64,000 bases of DNA, from NCBI GenBank assembly GCA_964234715.1, contig OZ174279.1; one strand, 5' to 3'. Shown piece after piece: positions 1-13,996 of this stretch (its first letter is position 1; the number at the start of each line of letters is the position of its first letter). A program made the position numbers and the translations under genes. Source of the stretch: Podarcis melisellensis (taxonomy: Eukaryota). Below the pieces are notes generated by a model. The model saw only the letters and a program-made list of their open reading frames with translations, did not search any database and was not told where the DNA came from.

Positions 1-160
1 TATAGGAAGCTCCTGCAGCCAATCGGAAGCCACCAAAGCCCAGTCAGATGTTCGGCTTCCAAAAGAACATTCAAAAACTGGAACACTCACTTCTGGGTTT
101 CGATCATTTGGGAGCCGATTTGTTTGGGAGCCAAGGCATTCGAGATCCAAGGTATGACTG
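1..160. mobile_element. Right end of a Tc1/mariner-pogo-type MITE
   Basis: Ends AAGGTATGACTG+TA, similar to the TIR and internal sequence of the 1783-2010 element. Confidence 0.65.
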
Positions 161-1081
161 TATATGTATTCAGGATGTATATGGGACTACTTAATCTAGA
201 ATCAAAATCTTATTTTCAATTTTATTTTGCTTAAAACTATGTTTAAATGTATGTATGTGCATGTATGTACATATATGTTTGTGTGATAATGTATACATTG
301 TATTTATATATAATAACACACCTATATGAAAATGCTTTTTGAGGTGGAGGGAAACCTGTTTTTACAAACTCCTTGTTGCAGAATGAGTTGCTACTATTTG
401 CAGTTGTTGGGTATTTAGTTCTAAGCTAGGATTGAGTCTGGTTTTGTGGATGGTAGATTTGCAAGATGCTTGGGCCTGGTAGTGAATCAACACTAGCAGT
501 AATAAAACCTGGTAACCAAGTGATTCTAGACATTATACTTGTTAATGCTAATACTGAGATAGAATATAACATGAGAAGCAGTTCTAAGAGGGACAGCTTC
601 ATTATGCATATTATTGCAGATCCTTACATGTTGCCTCCAGTAAAGGGAGAAAGCTGATAGAATCAGGAATGTTCCTTGCACAGCATAATCAATATGAAAC
701 TTTGATTTAGTAAACTTTGTACTGGCCTGGCTCTTGAAAAATATAGGGAACACCCCCTAAAAAACCACCTTTGTTTTTACAGATAGTTGGAAATAGTTGA
801 CAGATTTGGGAGGTGGGCTATTACCAAATTTGTAGAACAAGCTTACTGGTTTATATATATTATTTATCCTGAAAGTGTGATGAACTACATGCCATTTCTT
901 TGTACATAAAAGAAACCTGAGGTGAAGTAGAGACACAAGTGTATAAAGGCCCTGATAAATTGAAAATATGTATTTAGTGGTGCACCAATTTTATAATCTG
1001 GAATGATGTTAGGGGAAAGTAGCGGAGGGGTTGATGATGAATTTTAGACCTTACCATTAAGTAGTCTTGTTTTATTTCTAG

Positions 1082-1231
<150 letters not shown>

Positions 1232-1782
1232 TAAGATGCATTTCTGATGTTAATGACTCATTGTTCTATATGATGCTAAAGCAAGAGAGTTTTTTTTTGC
1301 CAATGGAATGAATCTGGTTAAAATTCTTTGGGGAAGAGGAGAAACTCCAGGGCTCTTTGGTAACTTCCAGACCCTGACATTTAGGAGCATCCCAGGTGGG
1401 GAGCCTCTGGTCTGTGGGCCATATTTGGATCCGCGTGGGTTCTGGTTTGGCCCTTAAAGCCATTTCCCTCAAACCATGGCCTTCTGTCCTACTCCTGATG
1501 TCACATGTGATGTCAGGTGAGGAGCAGGTGGAGATGGTGGCTGCCAGTGTGCAAGTGAGAGCCTTAAAGTGTGCTCACAATTGTGTAATAACAAAGAAGG
1601 CTCTCTATCACCACCAGCCAGTTGAGAGGGAGGGCAAGACAGCAGGGATTGGCTGCGTACAGCTAATCTTAGTAGGAAGAAAACCTTGAAGTTGGCATTG
1701 AGCAGGGCTCTTTGTAAGCCCCTTTCTCCTTGCAAAGAACCCTGCTCAGCACTTTGAAGCAACAACGACCAGCTGTTAAGTA

Positions 1783-2010
1783 CAGTGGTACCTCAGAACT
1801 CGAACATAATCCATTCCGGAAGACCGTTCAACTTCCAAAATATTTGAGTTCCAAGGCATGGCTTCCAATTGGCTGACAGCTAGGTTTCTGCACAGGGGAA
1901 CCACTTCGGAAGTTCATGTTCCAAGGAGCATTCGAAAACAGGAGCACTTCTGGGTTTTCGGCATTCTAGAGACAAAGCATTTGAGAACAGAGCTGTTTGA
2001 GGTACCACTG
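1783..2010. mobile_element. Tc1/mariner-pogo (Tigger-like) MITE
   Basis: Perfect 13-bp TIR CAGTGGTACCTCA...TGAGGTACCACTG flanked by TA on both sides. Confidence 0.88.
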
Positions 2011-3138
2011 TACTTTAAAGCACCCCTCAGGGCTCTTTTCATACCCTTTGTGGCAGTCCCAGTTATTGTGTGGAAATCAGAGTGCATCATCGCCAGATGC
2101 CATGTGATGTAACAGATAGCTGATCCACTCACTTGTCAGATTTTGCCTGCAAGCAGTCAGGGAGATAGGGATCTGGTCCACTGGCCAGATTCAATTCCAC
2201 ACCACTGCAGTAGCATGTGATTTAGTAATGATTTTTAAAGAGAAGTTAACTTAACTGAATGATTTTATTTGCACTTTAAGAAAAATGTTTTTGTTTACAG
2301 GCTCAGAATCCCATTACAGGGAAACTGTTTTATGTAATTAATTATTAAATAAAGCCTGGCTGCATTTGCTCAGACACAAGATCAGAAGAATGTTAATAAA
2401 AGTATGGCCCCACTCTATCTACTTAAAATTTCCTCTGCATTTTAAGCCTTTAGTATACATCAGACTCACCATGTTAGACCATCACCCACTATAGCACTAT
2501 AGCAACACTGAGGCAAAAAAAAAAGAAAAGAAAAAAAAGCAGGGGCCAGTTTGCATCACGCATGATCTGGTGTATATGAGACGGAGCAGCCATAGTATGG
2601 AAACAGTATCAAGCTCCCTCAACAATACAATTAGAAGCAGCCTTGACTTTGACTATTGTTTGGAATTGTCCCATTGGTAAAAGATTGCTGGAAGTAACAT
2701 CAGCCGGAGTAGATGGGCAGCTGCAGTTTGGCTCTGTCATCTTGCTTGGAGTAACCAGAAAGAGAAATCAAAACCTTTCCCAACTTAGAGGGCAACCTGT
2801 GATTTGCTGGCTCTTGTTAAAAAAGTTGATTATTTGATAGCTATCAATTTGCTTCATTTGTAACTGCCTCTTTTGGGGAAAAGGAGAATTGAAAATACTT
2901 CAGTCACATCTGGACATGGTGGAAAGACTCACTTTCAGTTGCCTCAAGTTCTAGTTGTATTTTCCTCCCCTATTCAGAACCATTCTCAGCAAATGAAAAC
3001 AGAGACAACTTTTCCCCAAATGTTACAAGCTATGCTAAAAAATATGGCCTGGATATTAAGACTCCCCTGAATAAACTGTTTGATGATCCCTAGACTGGAA
3101 TTATGTTTATTTTATTTTTTACTTTTTATTTTACATAG

Positions 3139-3234
<96 letters not shown>

Positions 3235-6200
3235 TAACTTTTGAAAACATGTTTTGTACAAACATGATAATGCATAATTGTTGTGCTTCAATTTTCTGAT
3301 GGGAAACTAGTTTTATTGGAAATGTGACTTGGACATAATTCCTCTTATATATATTTTTGTAAGTTGACAGAACCTGTATGGATATTGTATGTGGTTGGAT
3401 CATGCTATAATGCTGAGTGCTGAAAATCTGAGAGTGGAATTAATTAGTCCATTCCTTTCCCATCCTTTGACCATTATTGGCCCTTATCCTCTGAATTATT
3501 TGTGCTTCTCATATATAATAGCTGTACATCTCTAAGGAAAGCAATAACCTCTTTCCATTTTCTCTTGTTGCTATGCATACTTTCTCCATTCCAAGTTAAG
3601 AATTAAAGTTTTGATTTAAGAGGCATCCTTCTTATACATGTAGGCTGGTATGCTTGTAACAGCAGTTTCCCAATGATGCATTATCAGCTTTTAAAAAAAT
3701 TGTTGAGGGAAGTTTAAAAAGCTACTTGAAGCATCACATTGGGCAGCACTTGAATCTGGCATTAGAAAGACACCTCTCCATCCCTTCCCAGGACTGGCTC
3801 CTGGTTCCAGGATCAATAACCATCTTCCAGTGTTGCCTTCCAGAAAAGCAATTCTATCAACTTAAGAGCTTTCTGTCTTTTGCAGTTATCAGTTGATTAA
3901 CCCAAAGCTAACTTCTAAATTAAGTAATCTTATTTCATCATGGATCACTGGCTTTTTACCACAAGTCAATTTCTCGAGAGTGGGGAAACAAGCACCACTG
4001 GTTATCTGCTGTGTTGAAGGTGAATTCACTTCCATATCTGTAGGCTACTGATGGTAGAAACTATGTGGCTAGCCAACCAGTTGTCTAAAGAAGTTCATAA
4101 TTTTCAAGTTGAACAATATTTTTGATAACTATTAAGGAGATATTATGGGTGCTTCATAGCTTTAGTTTTATGATGAAAGCTATCTTCCATTAATATAGTA
4201 ATTGTTAAGTGAAATACAAACTATGTTGCGTTTATTTCTTAAGAGCATGGGAGGAAAGAAAATTGAGTTGCTTAGCTCAAGTAAGATTCCATCTACAGCA
4301 ATGCATGCTCTTGAAGAGAATGAAATGTGATACAAAAATGTTTGGTCTTAATTCTTGCTGTATATGTCACTTTAATTAATCTGACCCTTAAAATTCCTAG
4401 CAGTCATTAATATTTGATAGCGCAGAGAAATTTATTTGGTGTTGTATGTGGAGAAGGTGTGAAATGTTACTTTACTGTATTAACTTTATATGAGGCTTTT
4501 CTTCCAAATAAGTATGCTTTTTGCTTTCCTTTCAATAACCACATGATGGCGCATGAAAAAAGGCAGATGAAAGATGTCAAATTGTATGGTTTCAGAAAAA
4601 GAAAGCAATGTAATTCATCATATTACTCAAACTACAAGCAAGCAAGCAATGTAAACCTTTGAACATTTTACCTATTCATTTACTGAACTCCTTCTGTAAT
4701 TTTAGAAGTTTCCCCTAAATTGTATTCACATATAGTGTACTACTGATGATGTTAAGCTGCTCAGTGGTATCAGAAACTTCATAATCTTTACAACTGATTC
4801 AGAAGTCATTACTAATTATTTTTAAATTAAACATGAACATGTCAACTTAGTGATGTTGCTGTACTGTGCTGTCCACTATAAATAACCTAATCAGCATGCA
4901 TTTAAAATGTATAAATGTAAAGATTGTTTGCTGGAATCTTCCTGACGTTTGTTATCAACGTGGTTATAAAGTTGCATCAACTTGAAATTGATATAGTCCC
5001 TAGGATACCATACTTAATACTTCACATACTGAAAAGAAAGCGGGTTACTTACTGCATGATAAAATATCTGTGGACAAATCTTATATCAAATGCTGGGCTC
5101 TGCTATCGAATTTCTTGTGTGAACAAACAGAACTGTGTTCTTTCTCATATATTTTTTCTCCCCTTCTTGCTTTGGTTAATGTTTGTTTGTAGTCATGTTA
5201 AAAAAGAAATTAAATCACCATAAAGGGTTGATTTTATATCATTAATTTAAATAGGTTTTCCGCTTAATTCAGGGTACTCAACTTAGTGCCCTCCAGATAT
5301 TTATTTAGAAATAAATAAATAAATAATCCAAACAGAATGCATAAAACAATATAAAGCAATTATCAGTAATATACAGATAAAACCAGCAAAACATCAAAAG
5401 CAAATACTGAATTTTATATCTAGATAGACTTGGGTTTTTAAAAATATGTTTTGAGCTAGAGACTAAAATAATGAAGTTCCCTGCTTAAGGAGGGAGTTCT
5501 AAAGTTGAGGTCCTGCCACAATTAGAGAGACAGAGACTCCTAACAGATGCAGAACTTGTATGGCACTTGTAAAAGCGGAAACTCTGCAGATTAAAGCGTT
5601 TGAGTAGGCACGTTTTTCTACTAAACTGGTTCCAAGCTGTTTAGGGCTTTATGTACTAACAGCTAAAACTTGAATTTGTCAGGATTCAAGCTCATATTAT
5701 TTTCTCTCGTCTGGCCCACCATGACATTCAGGCTGTGGCCTGTGTGACTTCTCCTGACTCAGATGTTTTGGAGAAATATAGCTGAAAAACGACTAAACAA
5801 CAAAATCAATATACTGATGGCACTGTACTTTAAATCTCCTAACATTTTGAAGTCTGACAAAGCGCCATGTCGCCTAACCAGGTTGTGGTGTTTGGTGATA
5901 GATAGGTGGGCAGCCTCACCCACTTCAGATCTTGCCCTACAGGGGAGATGGGAAGATAAGGATCTGGCCTGCTGATTGAAACCACTTCCCCATCTCTGAC
6001 CTCCATAACCATTACCATTCAAGAATGTCTGCAGTTATCTCTCCACTACCTCCCCCCCAAAGGTGTTTTTTTGTGATGGGCCAGTGGTTGCTTCAAACAA
6101 ACAGCTCCAGGACAGTTTTTAGTTTAGGAGTGGCCAATATCACTGTCTCTTTCAGAGACTTGTAGACAGTAACCCCACTCATCCACAGCCACCGTGACCA

Positions 6201-6955
6201 GTGGTCAGGTTGATGGGAGTTGAAGTTCAGTAATATCTGGAGAGCACCACACTGCCTATGCAGCTCAAATTAATTTATTTTCAAAACAGATGCAACTTGG
6301 CCAACTTCATAATGATTAGTTCTAAGGATATTTGGTTTATTTTTCAAAGCTTTGTATTGTTTCCTTATTTATTACACCATCATGCCTCCCAAAGGAGCCA
6401 GAGCAGGAAGCAATGCAATTGAAACAACTAATTGATTGCTATTACAGTTAAAGAGACCTAGTTAAAACTACATTCACTGAATATAGTCACTGGCAACGTG
6501 TCACTGAATTAAACTCAATTATGCTTGATATAAGGTGTCGGGGTTGAGGGGAGTAAGCAAGGTATCAATAGCATAAACTATAGCATATCTTGGATTATTG
6601 TGTCACATTAGTTCTTGCTCACATTGTCAATTGAGAAATTTTTAAAGGTGAATCATTTTGCTGGATGTTGCTGTGTAATGCTAAATATAAATGTAATGCA
6701 TTTATATTAAGTGATTAGATTCATTTTGGGCCACATCTTTCTGTCTGAAATCAACATAGAAATAAACTATCTGGATCACTGAGTTCCTTAACTGGTCAGC
6801 AATTTGAAATCAATTGGCTAATCATTTGATTTTGTAAATAAATCATCTATTTGACTTCTGGGATATAAAATTTGCATTTTGGCATCTCCTTTGGGATGTC
6901 TAAGTCCTTGTTTCTTATGTGCTAAAAAAAATTGATGTACTATCTGTTTTTTCAG

Positions 6956-7020
6956 GATAAGGAGCCCCTTCGGATTATACCACTGAAAGAGGTTCATAAG
7001 GTCCAGGAATGTAAACAAAG
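6956..7020 (+). CDS. PLEKHA1: PLEKHA1 coding exon (PH2)
   Basis: ttttcag|...AG|gtgaaa; 65 nt; DKEPLRIIPLKEVHKVQECKQ(S). Confidence 0.96.
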
Positions 7021-8193
7021 GTGAAAATCTGAAGGTTAAACTAAAAAGTTGATGATCTCCTTCAGTTAGAAAAAGAAAGCCTGCCTGCACATCATTTTCT
7101 ATTATGTCTTAATAAACTCCTCCACTTTCCATTATACTAAAGTCACCCTCTGTGGCAGGCTTTTAGACAGATGTAGTGAGATCTTAAATAGCTGTATTAA
7201 ACTGAGTTGCTAGTATATCAGGATAGAAGATGTGGGTCTCTGAATGAAAGGAGGAATATAAATAGGGGGTGCAATATCCCAATATGTTAAAAAGTTGTTG
7301 GTGAGAAAGTTGGTTTTATATGTTTTAGATATTATTTTATTTTTAACTGTATTCTTTTACCACTTCATTGTTGGCCGCGCTGGACTCCTGTGGGATGAGG
7401 GGCAGAATAGAAATTTAATAAAAAAGTAATATAACAGGAAATACTCCTTTAATTGAGGATTCTAGTCCTTTGCAAATGAAGAAACAAAATACTGGTTTAA
7501 AGACTGGTGGTTTTGTTTTTGTATCTGTGCTAATCACAAATACAAAAGATGGAACTGTGGTTGCTGTGTGTGATGCTATAAAGTGGTTTCCATTATGGTA
7601 TTGTAAGAAAAAAGTTTTGGGAGTGCCTTCTAAATAATGTTGTCTTTTTGTCATGCTAAATTTGTGAAAGCTTGGGGTCCTGGCTCAAGTGTGGCCCCCT
7701 TTGTGCCTGGGAGGGGGAAGGCAGGAGAAGAATCTGATAGCATGCATCACTTTACTGGTGTATCATTTTGCTGTTGATGTTTGTCCTATACTGAGAAGCT
7801 GCCACTGGTGCGAGGTTTCATGTCTTCTAGTGCAGTTACGCATTAGAGGTCTATGCCTGACCTGGACACCAGCCAGTCAGGTAATGATTTCTCCACTTGA
7901 AGAATGCAGCCTTTTTCTCTTTTGTGCAAAATTGGGGTGGGAGGAGAGGGGAAAATCTAGTGTCTTCAGTATGGTTGAGCTGCTAGAGCAAGAAAGTTGA
8001 GTGAGTAGGCACAGAATCTTGATAACATCTTACTAATAATTATAATGTGTGCGTGTGCACGCATGCATACATACACCCCCCCAACAAATGGTGATATAAT
8101 TTAAATTATTTTCAAAGGTAGCCCCCTTATTTATGTGTGTTCTGTTGCTTGGAAATACAAATGTACATGTCAGACGATGGTAAAAATGTTTAA

Positions 8194-8310
<117 letters not shown>

Positions 8311-9928
8311 TAAGAAAATGAATTTATTGCATTTAGAAAGGTCAAACACATAATCCTTTGATTAATGCCTGACAGTATACATACAGCCTTGCAGTTAAAT
8401 AGTGCATAATTGTTTAGAATGGAATATACCAACAGACATGCCTGTCATGTAAACAATGGTAATGACCAACGGTACCTGTCCACTAGCAGAACTAACATTA
8501 TTGAAGGAGTGGATTCCTCCTTCTCCATGAAGCCTTCCCGTGGGCCCAAAATCTGCTCTGAAGGGTTGGAGGGTTATTTGCATCAGATTAGTGGGGGTAT
8601 GGAGGGCTACAGGGAGAAGAGAGGGAGAGAAAGTCTTGTTGAATGAACAGAAGTCTGCTGGCATGAGATTGAACTTGGCCAGAGAACTGAAGTCAATTCT
8701 CCAGCCAGTCCTTCTACCCAAATTATTATAGCCACCTAAATGATCCAACCAAATACTTTCTTCACTTGTTTTTAAAGTCGTCTTCTAGGGAATCTTTCCC
8801 AATGCTCTACTGCCATTAGGCTGCCGTCTTGTGAACACTAGTTTTGGGGGGGATTTGAGTAAACATGCATAGGATCACACCATTAAAAAGGTTAATACTC
8901 TGAGGGATTGAGAAGGCAGAAATTCATTGTGAGAACGGATAAAGTCTAACTCAGATGCCAAGACAATACTTTTGGTTCCAGTATTTATTTCTCCTCGACT
9001 CCTCTTTTCTTCAATTATATCGCTTTTCCTCTAGTTGTTTCTTAGGTCCTTCCTTTTCAGCTTTGTCCCACTTTCTTAGCCATCCTGTCTCTTGACTGAT
9101 CCCTTGTAATCACCTCTCCCAGAGCACATCGTACCTCTTGATCTTAAACACTGTGAAGTTCATTTATTGCTTGTATTCATTGTTTCTCCACCTTTTCCTC
9201 CAAGCTTCATTCTCACCTTTACTTCTAGATTCCTTTATGTCATTCCATGTCTAATCTACACCATTTTTTGTTCTCTTTACGCTGGGCTCTCTGATCCTTA
9301 GATTTGTTATAGCTTGATAGCCCCCTGCCCCAGATTTTAATTCCAGGCTCACTGACAAGTATCACTTCCCTCACAGAAAATGGATCTGAAATGCTAGGTA
9401 GGGGTGGAGCAGTTGCAGGTCACGACACCAGCTGTGGTGAGCTGTGAGCATTTCAAGTTACACCACCAGACCTGCCAATCAGAGATATTTCCTGATCTAT
9501 TCCTTGGAAGAGCCTGATTTCCCTTTAGAAAATTTACTTTCGTGTTGCTGGATCTCCAAAGTGATGTGACACCACTCTCTGTGTATATTTGGCCTAAATT
9601 TCTAACTGTAGTGCATCTCTTATTTATTGCAATATTGTTTTCTGTGCATGGTTCACATGTTAGTTACTTTTCCCCCTAGAAGCAATCACAAGTTCCTTGT
9701 TCATTATTTATGTAGCAGGTACTAAATTTAGAAGTCACTACAGTACTTCAGTAATTGTTAAGCTTGAGATTAGTGAGTAGTTACATCAGTAATATAAAAT
9801 AAATTGTTTCCATGCATAAGTATTTAGATATCAGCCTAAGCTTATTAAATATTTTTTTTTAATTTCAATTTTCTTTATTGAGAAACATAGAAAACACTTG
9901 TCATATTCTTAGATTACAAGGTTTATGA

Positions 9929-10108
<180 letters not shown>

Positions 10109-11087
10109 TGATGAATCTTGTACATTCAATCTCTTTCATTTTCTTGTGCTCTTCTACCCCCTCCTAAGTCTGGAGTAATATCTTTGCATGCATTACAGGT
10201 TGCATAGAATCCTGCCTTTTTAATTAAGTGCTAATCTTAGCAGTATCCATATGTGTTGTGGGTCCGCACAGTATTATTTTAATGTTCCAACAGTTCAACT
10301 GGTGGGTTTAAAATTACTGTAGTTCTTTATTAATCTGAACTCTGTCAAATTACTTGACAATCTTTACTGAATCTTGTACCTGAGATGCCAAATAAACCCT
10401 TGATTTAAAATTACTTTGGTGTACAACCCTTTTGAAAGCTTTTGGACTCTCCAGCCTCTTAGCAGGGAGTAATCTAAACTTAATGTAGATTTTCATGGAA
10501 TGTTTTGATAATTATTGGCCTCATTATTGGTGACTAGCTTGGTTCACAATTCTAACATTACCAAACTGAATCTTAACTATAGTGACAAACTGTAGGACTC
10601 TGTAGATAGTGGTGATGTACCTTCCAGCAGATATCAAGTTTAGAGGTACTAAGTATTCGATTCATAGAGTTGGAAGGGACCACGAGGGCCATCTAGTTCA
10701 TTCCCCTGCAATACAGGAATCTTTTGTATTCCATGTTTTAATTTATAATGTTCTTGCAATCCATATTCTAGCCATGCTTTGCAGTTCAGGTTTTGCAAGA
10801 TATGGCTTTTATTTCCCAATAATACATGAAAAGTTAGCATTCACACCTCTTTGTAAAATGGAATGACTTCATATGTTAAAAACAATTGATCACTTGTTTC
10901 AAGCTTCATTCTTTGGCAAGGAGAAGTATTCTTGTAATTGCAGTGGGTTTTCACTGCATAGTAGAGACTCTGTTTGGGAATCAATGTGTTCTGGGTGAGG
11001 GAAGCTACCAAAAGATTTTTCTATATTTGTGTGTCTCTGTATGTGCAATCTTTGTGGTGGGATAACTCAGCTAGTGACTCTTAGCAG

Positions 11088-11088
11088 T

Positions 11089-11156
<68 letters not shown>
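11088..11156. repeat. (TTTC)n microsatellite
   Basis: About 17 tandem TTTC units. Confidence 0.97.
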
Positions 11157-11157
<1 letters not shown>

Positions 11158-11217
11158 TCTCTCCCTCGTCTCCTCAAGTTTAGGTTACTCTAATCTTAGC
11201 TTTGCACTGTGTTCCAG

Positions 11218-11258
11218 ATGCGGCAGGCCAGAAGGCTGTCGAATCCTTGTATACAGAG
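11218..11258 (+). CDS. PLEKHA1: PLEKHA1 alternative frame-shifting cassette exon (41 nt)
   Basis: Acceptor gttccag|, donor AG|gtatac; encodes MRQARRLSNPCIQ(R), recalled from alternative mammalian PLEKHA1 isoforms; 41 mod 3 = 2. Confidence 0.85.
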
Positions 11259-11430
11259 GTATACATCAAGAACTGGTGAATGCAGCATGTATGTGGGCTC
11301 TCATGTAAACTTGCCTTCTTACCAGAGGGCTGAAATTCCAAAATACTTGTTAACACCATGTAAAATGATGAGGTCAATCCCATGGCTTCCTCTATTGATT
11401 TATAACCACTGTGAAGTTACTAACTTCTAA
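11218..11430 (+). CDS. PLEKHA1: PLEKHA1 alternative terminal exon (read-through of the cassette donor)
   Basis: Open frame MRQARRLSNPCIQRYTSRTGECSMYVGSHVNLPS...EVTNF* followed by AATAAA at 11478-11483 and 11816-11821. Confidence 0.55.
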   Translation: MRQARRLSNPCIQRYTSRTGECSMYVGSHVNLPSYQRAEIPKYLLTPCKMMRSIPWLPLLIYNHCEVTNF

Positions 11431-12750
11431 AATGCTTCCCATTGGCCATTACGTTTACGATCTCTAAATGCCTTCTAAATAAAATCCATTTTTGAGAATG
11501 GCAAAGATTCACACAGTGCTGAAATCTCTGCTCACATGTGCTTGCTTTACTGAGTACAAAAGCTCTAGTAATAAGTATACATATTTAGGAACTAAAGCTG
11601 ACCTAATTTGCATGAGAGTTCATATTTCCATTTTATCATTTTTGAAAGATAGCTAAGTAAAAGCCACCTTGACCCTCATAGCCAAATATGTGTGTACATT
11701 AAGGAAAAAACCCTGCACTGATTTGCATGGCTTATATGATAGATATGCATGGGGTCATTAGTAAAGATGTAGGGGCTGTTACAGCTTGCAACCTGTATGT
11801 TAATCAAAATAGTGCAATAAATAAAATCTTTTACTTTTTAATCATTAGGCATAACTACATGTGAGTCTTATATCATACGTATGAGTTATATGGATTGTAG
11901 TTTTTAAACTGTTATCCCAGTGCTGGTCCCACTTGGATTCAGATTTTTTTTTTAAAAAAAGAAATGTTTATGTAGTATTCACTTTAGAAAAGAAGCTTAA
12001 TTGTAGGTTCTGCTTTTGTATTGGAATTTACCACTCCAAGTTGAAGCTTGTATGTTTCATATTCCATGTCACAGAGTGTTTCATATTCTGTGTCAAAATG
12101 ATTCCTGTGAATAGTTCGTTACTGGGGTATTTATCATTTCCCCCACTACTCCAAGTATACTGTTTATCATTGTAGAATATTGAATATTCTGATTGTAACA
12201 GACAGTAGAAATAGCTATATTTTAGTGTTGCCCCCACCATCCTAAATTATAGATCCATGAACTGTTACTCATGTCTTGAATAATACAGTAAGGAGTGCAA
12301 AAAATGAAATTGTACCTCACATACACTTGATAAAGGGATTCTGGAATTATTTATTGAATCAGTCCATGCTCACTGGTAGCTTCAACACCAGATTGTTTTA
12401 TTGAGATAGTAGTCTGAAAGAGCTGTTCCAGAATACTGCAAGAAATAATAATAATAGGGCAACCTTTCTGGAACAAGAGAATTGAATGGGAGAACAGTGT
12501 AGTCTTGTGACCTGTCTCCTTTTGTCAGAAAGCCATACTATATGATAGAATGCTGGCCACTTGATTGGCATGCTGCAGGTTCAGTTAAAGCTTTCACTAG
12601 CCATCTGAAAGTCCTACTACGTCATTTTTTAAAAAAAATATACACTAAAAAATATCCTTTGATATCATGAGCAGTCTAGTAAATTTGTCTTGAAAATACT
12701 CCATTTAACTGTATAAATGCTACTAATGTTTTTTGGCAGATACCTTTAAG

Positions 12751-12879
12751 GAGGGGCTAACTTGTAGCCCTCCAGATGTCGTTTAACTCTCATAAGCTTC
12801 AGTCAGCATGTCCAGTAGTCGGGGATGGTGGGAACTGTATTCTAGCAACATCTGGAGGGCCAAAGGTTAGCAGCCCCTG
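12751..12879. mobile_element. Degenerate copy of the short palindromic hAT-type MITE
   Basis: gccctccagatgt...acatctggagggc inverted arms, ends CCCCTG; same family as 18548-18683. Confidence 0.7.
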
Positions 12880-13627
12880 TCTTAAAGTATAATGTTGAAA
12901 CATGGAGTTTAGTAGTGACACAGTCATGTAAATAGTTGTTGATAATATTGTACACAATATAAAGCTTAGCAATTGAGACAGCACTTACTTTTCTAGAGGA
13001 GAACATGTTAGTATTTTATCTTCAGTATGGCTGACTATGGCAATAAAATACATTTAAAATGTAGAAATGACACAAATCATATTTGTTAGAAATTTGGGAG
13101 GAATATTGTCCAGTGGAATTAGTTTATTCCTTAATAGTTTGTAGTTCTATAGAACAAAAAGGTGAAAGAATAAGAAATAGGTGTCTAGTCAACAAAAGTG
13201 TAAATGTTCATTAACTCAGGAAGTGACCTTCAGTGAGGGATTCCATTATGCTTCTTTTTTGAATGTGAATACATTTTGCATGCACTTTTGAATAGTTTAT
13301 TCGAGTTTATTGGAGGACTTCAGGAAGCATTTGTTCACATGTTCTTAAATTATGAAAGTATGCCTTCAAGAATTTTATTTGCATTATATTAAATAAACAA
13401 GTGCAATTCCAAGCTAGTTTGTGCTGATAAACTTAAAATGATGCCATCCTAGACTTTAGGGACCTGACTTGGCCGTTTCAGCTTGCTATCACTGCTGTAA
13501 GCTCAGTCTTAACATTTTGCTGCCTTGGAAAACCACCTGCTTTCTGCTCTTAAGCTTTGCTTTGTTTTCCCCCTTTTGATTTGTTTTTTGTTTTTTTCAG
13601 AGGTATAAGTTTGAAATGCATTACTAG

Positions 13628-13996
<369 letters not shown>

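Noticed and set aside
2301-2353. Possible cryptic or terminal exon in a PLEKHA1 intron (tttacag acceptor, AATAAA at 2348)
   Set aside because: No homology to TAPP1 and the flanking exons already join in frame; such motifs are common in AT-rich introns.
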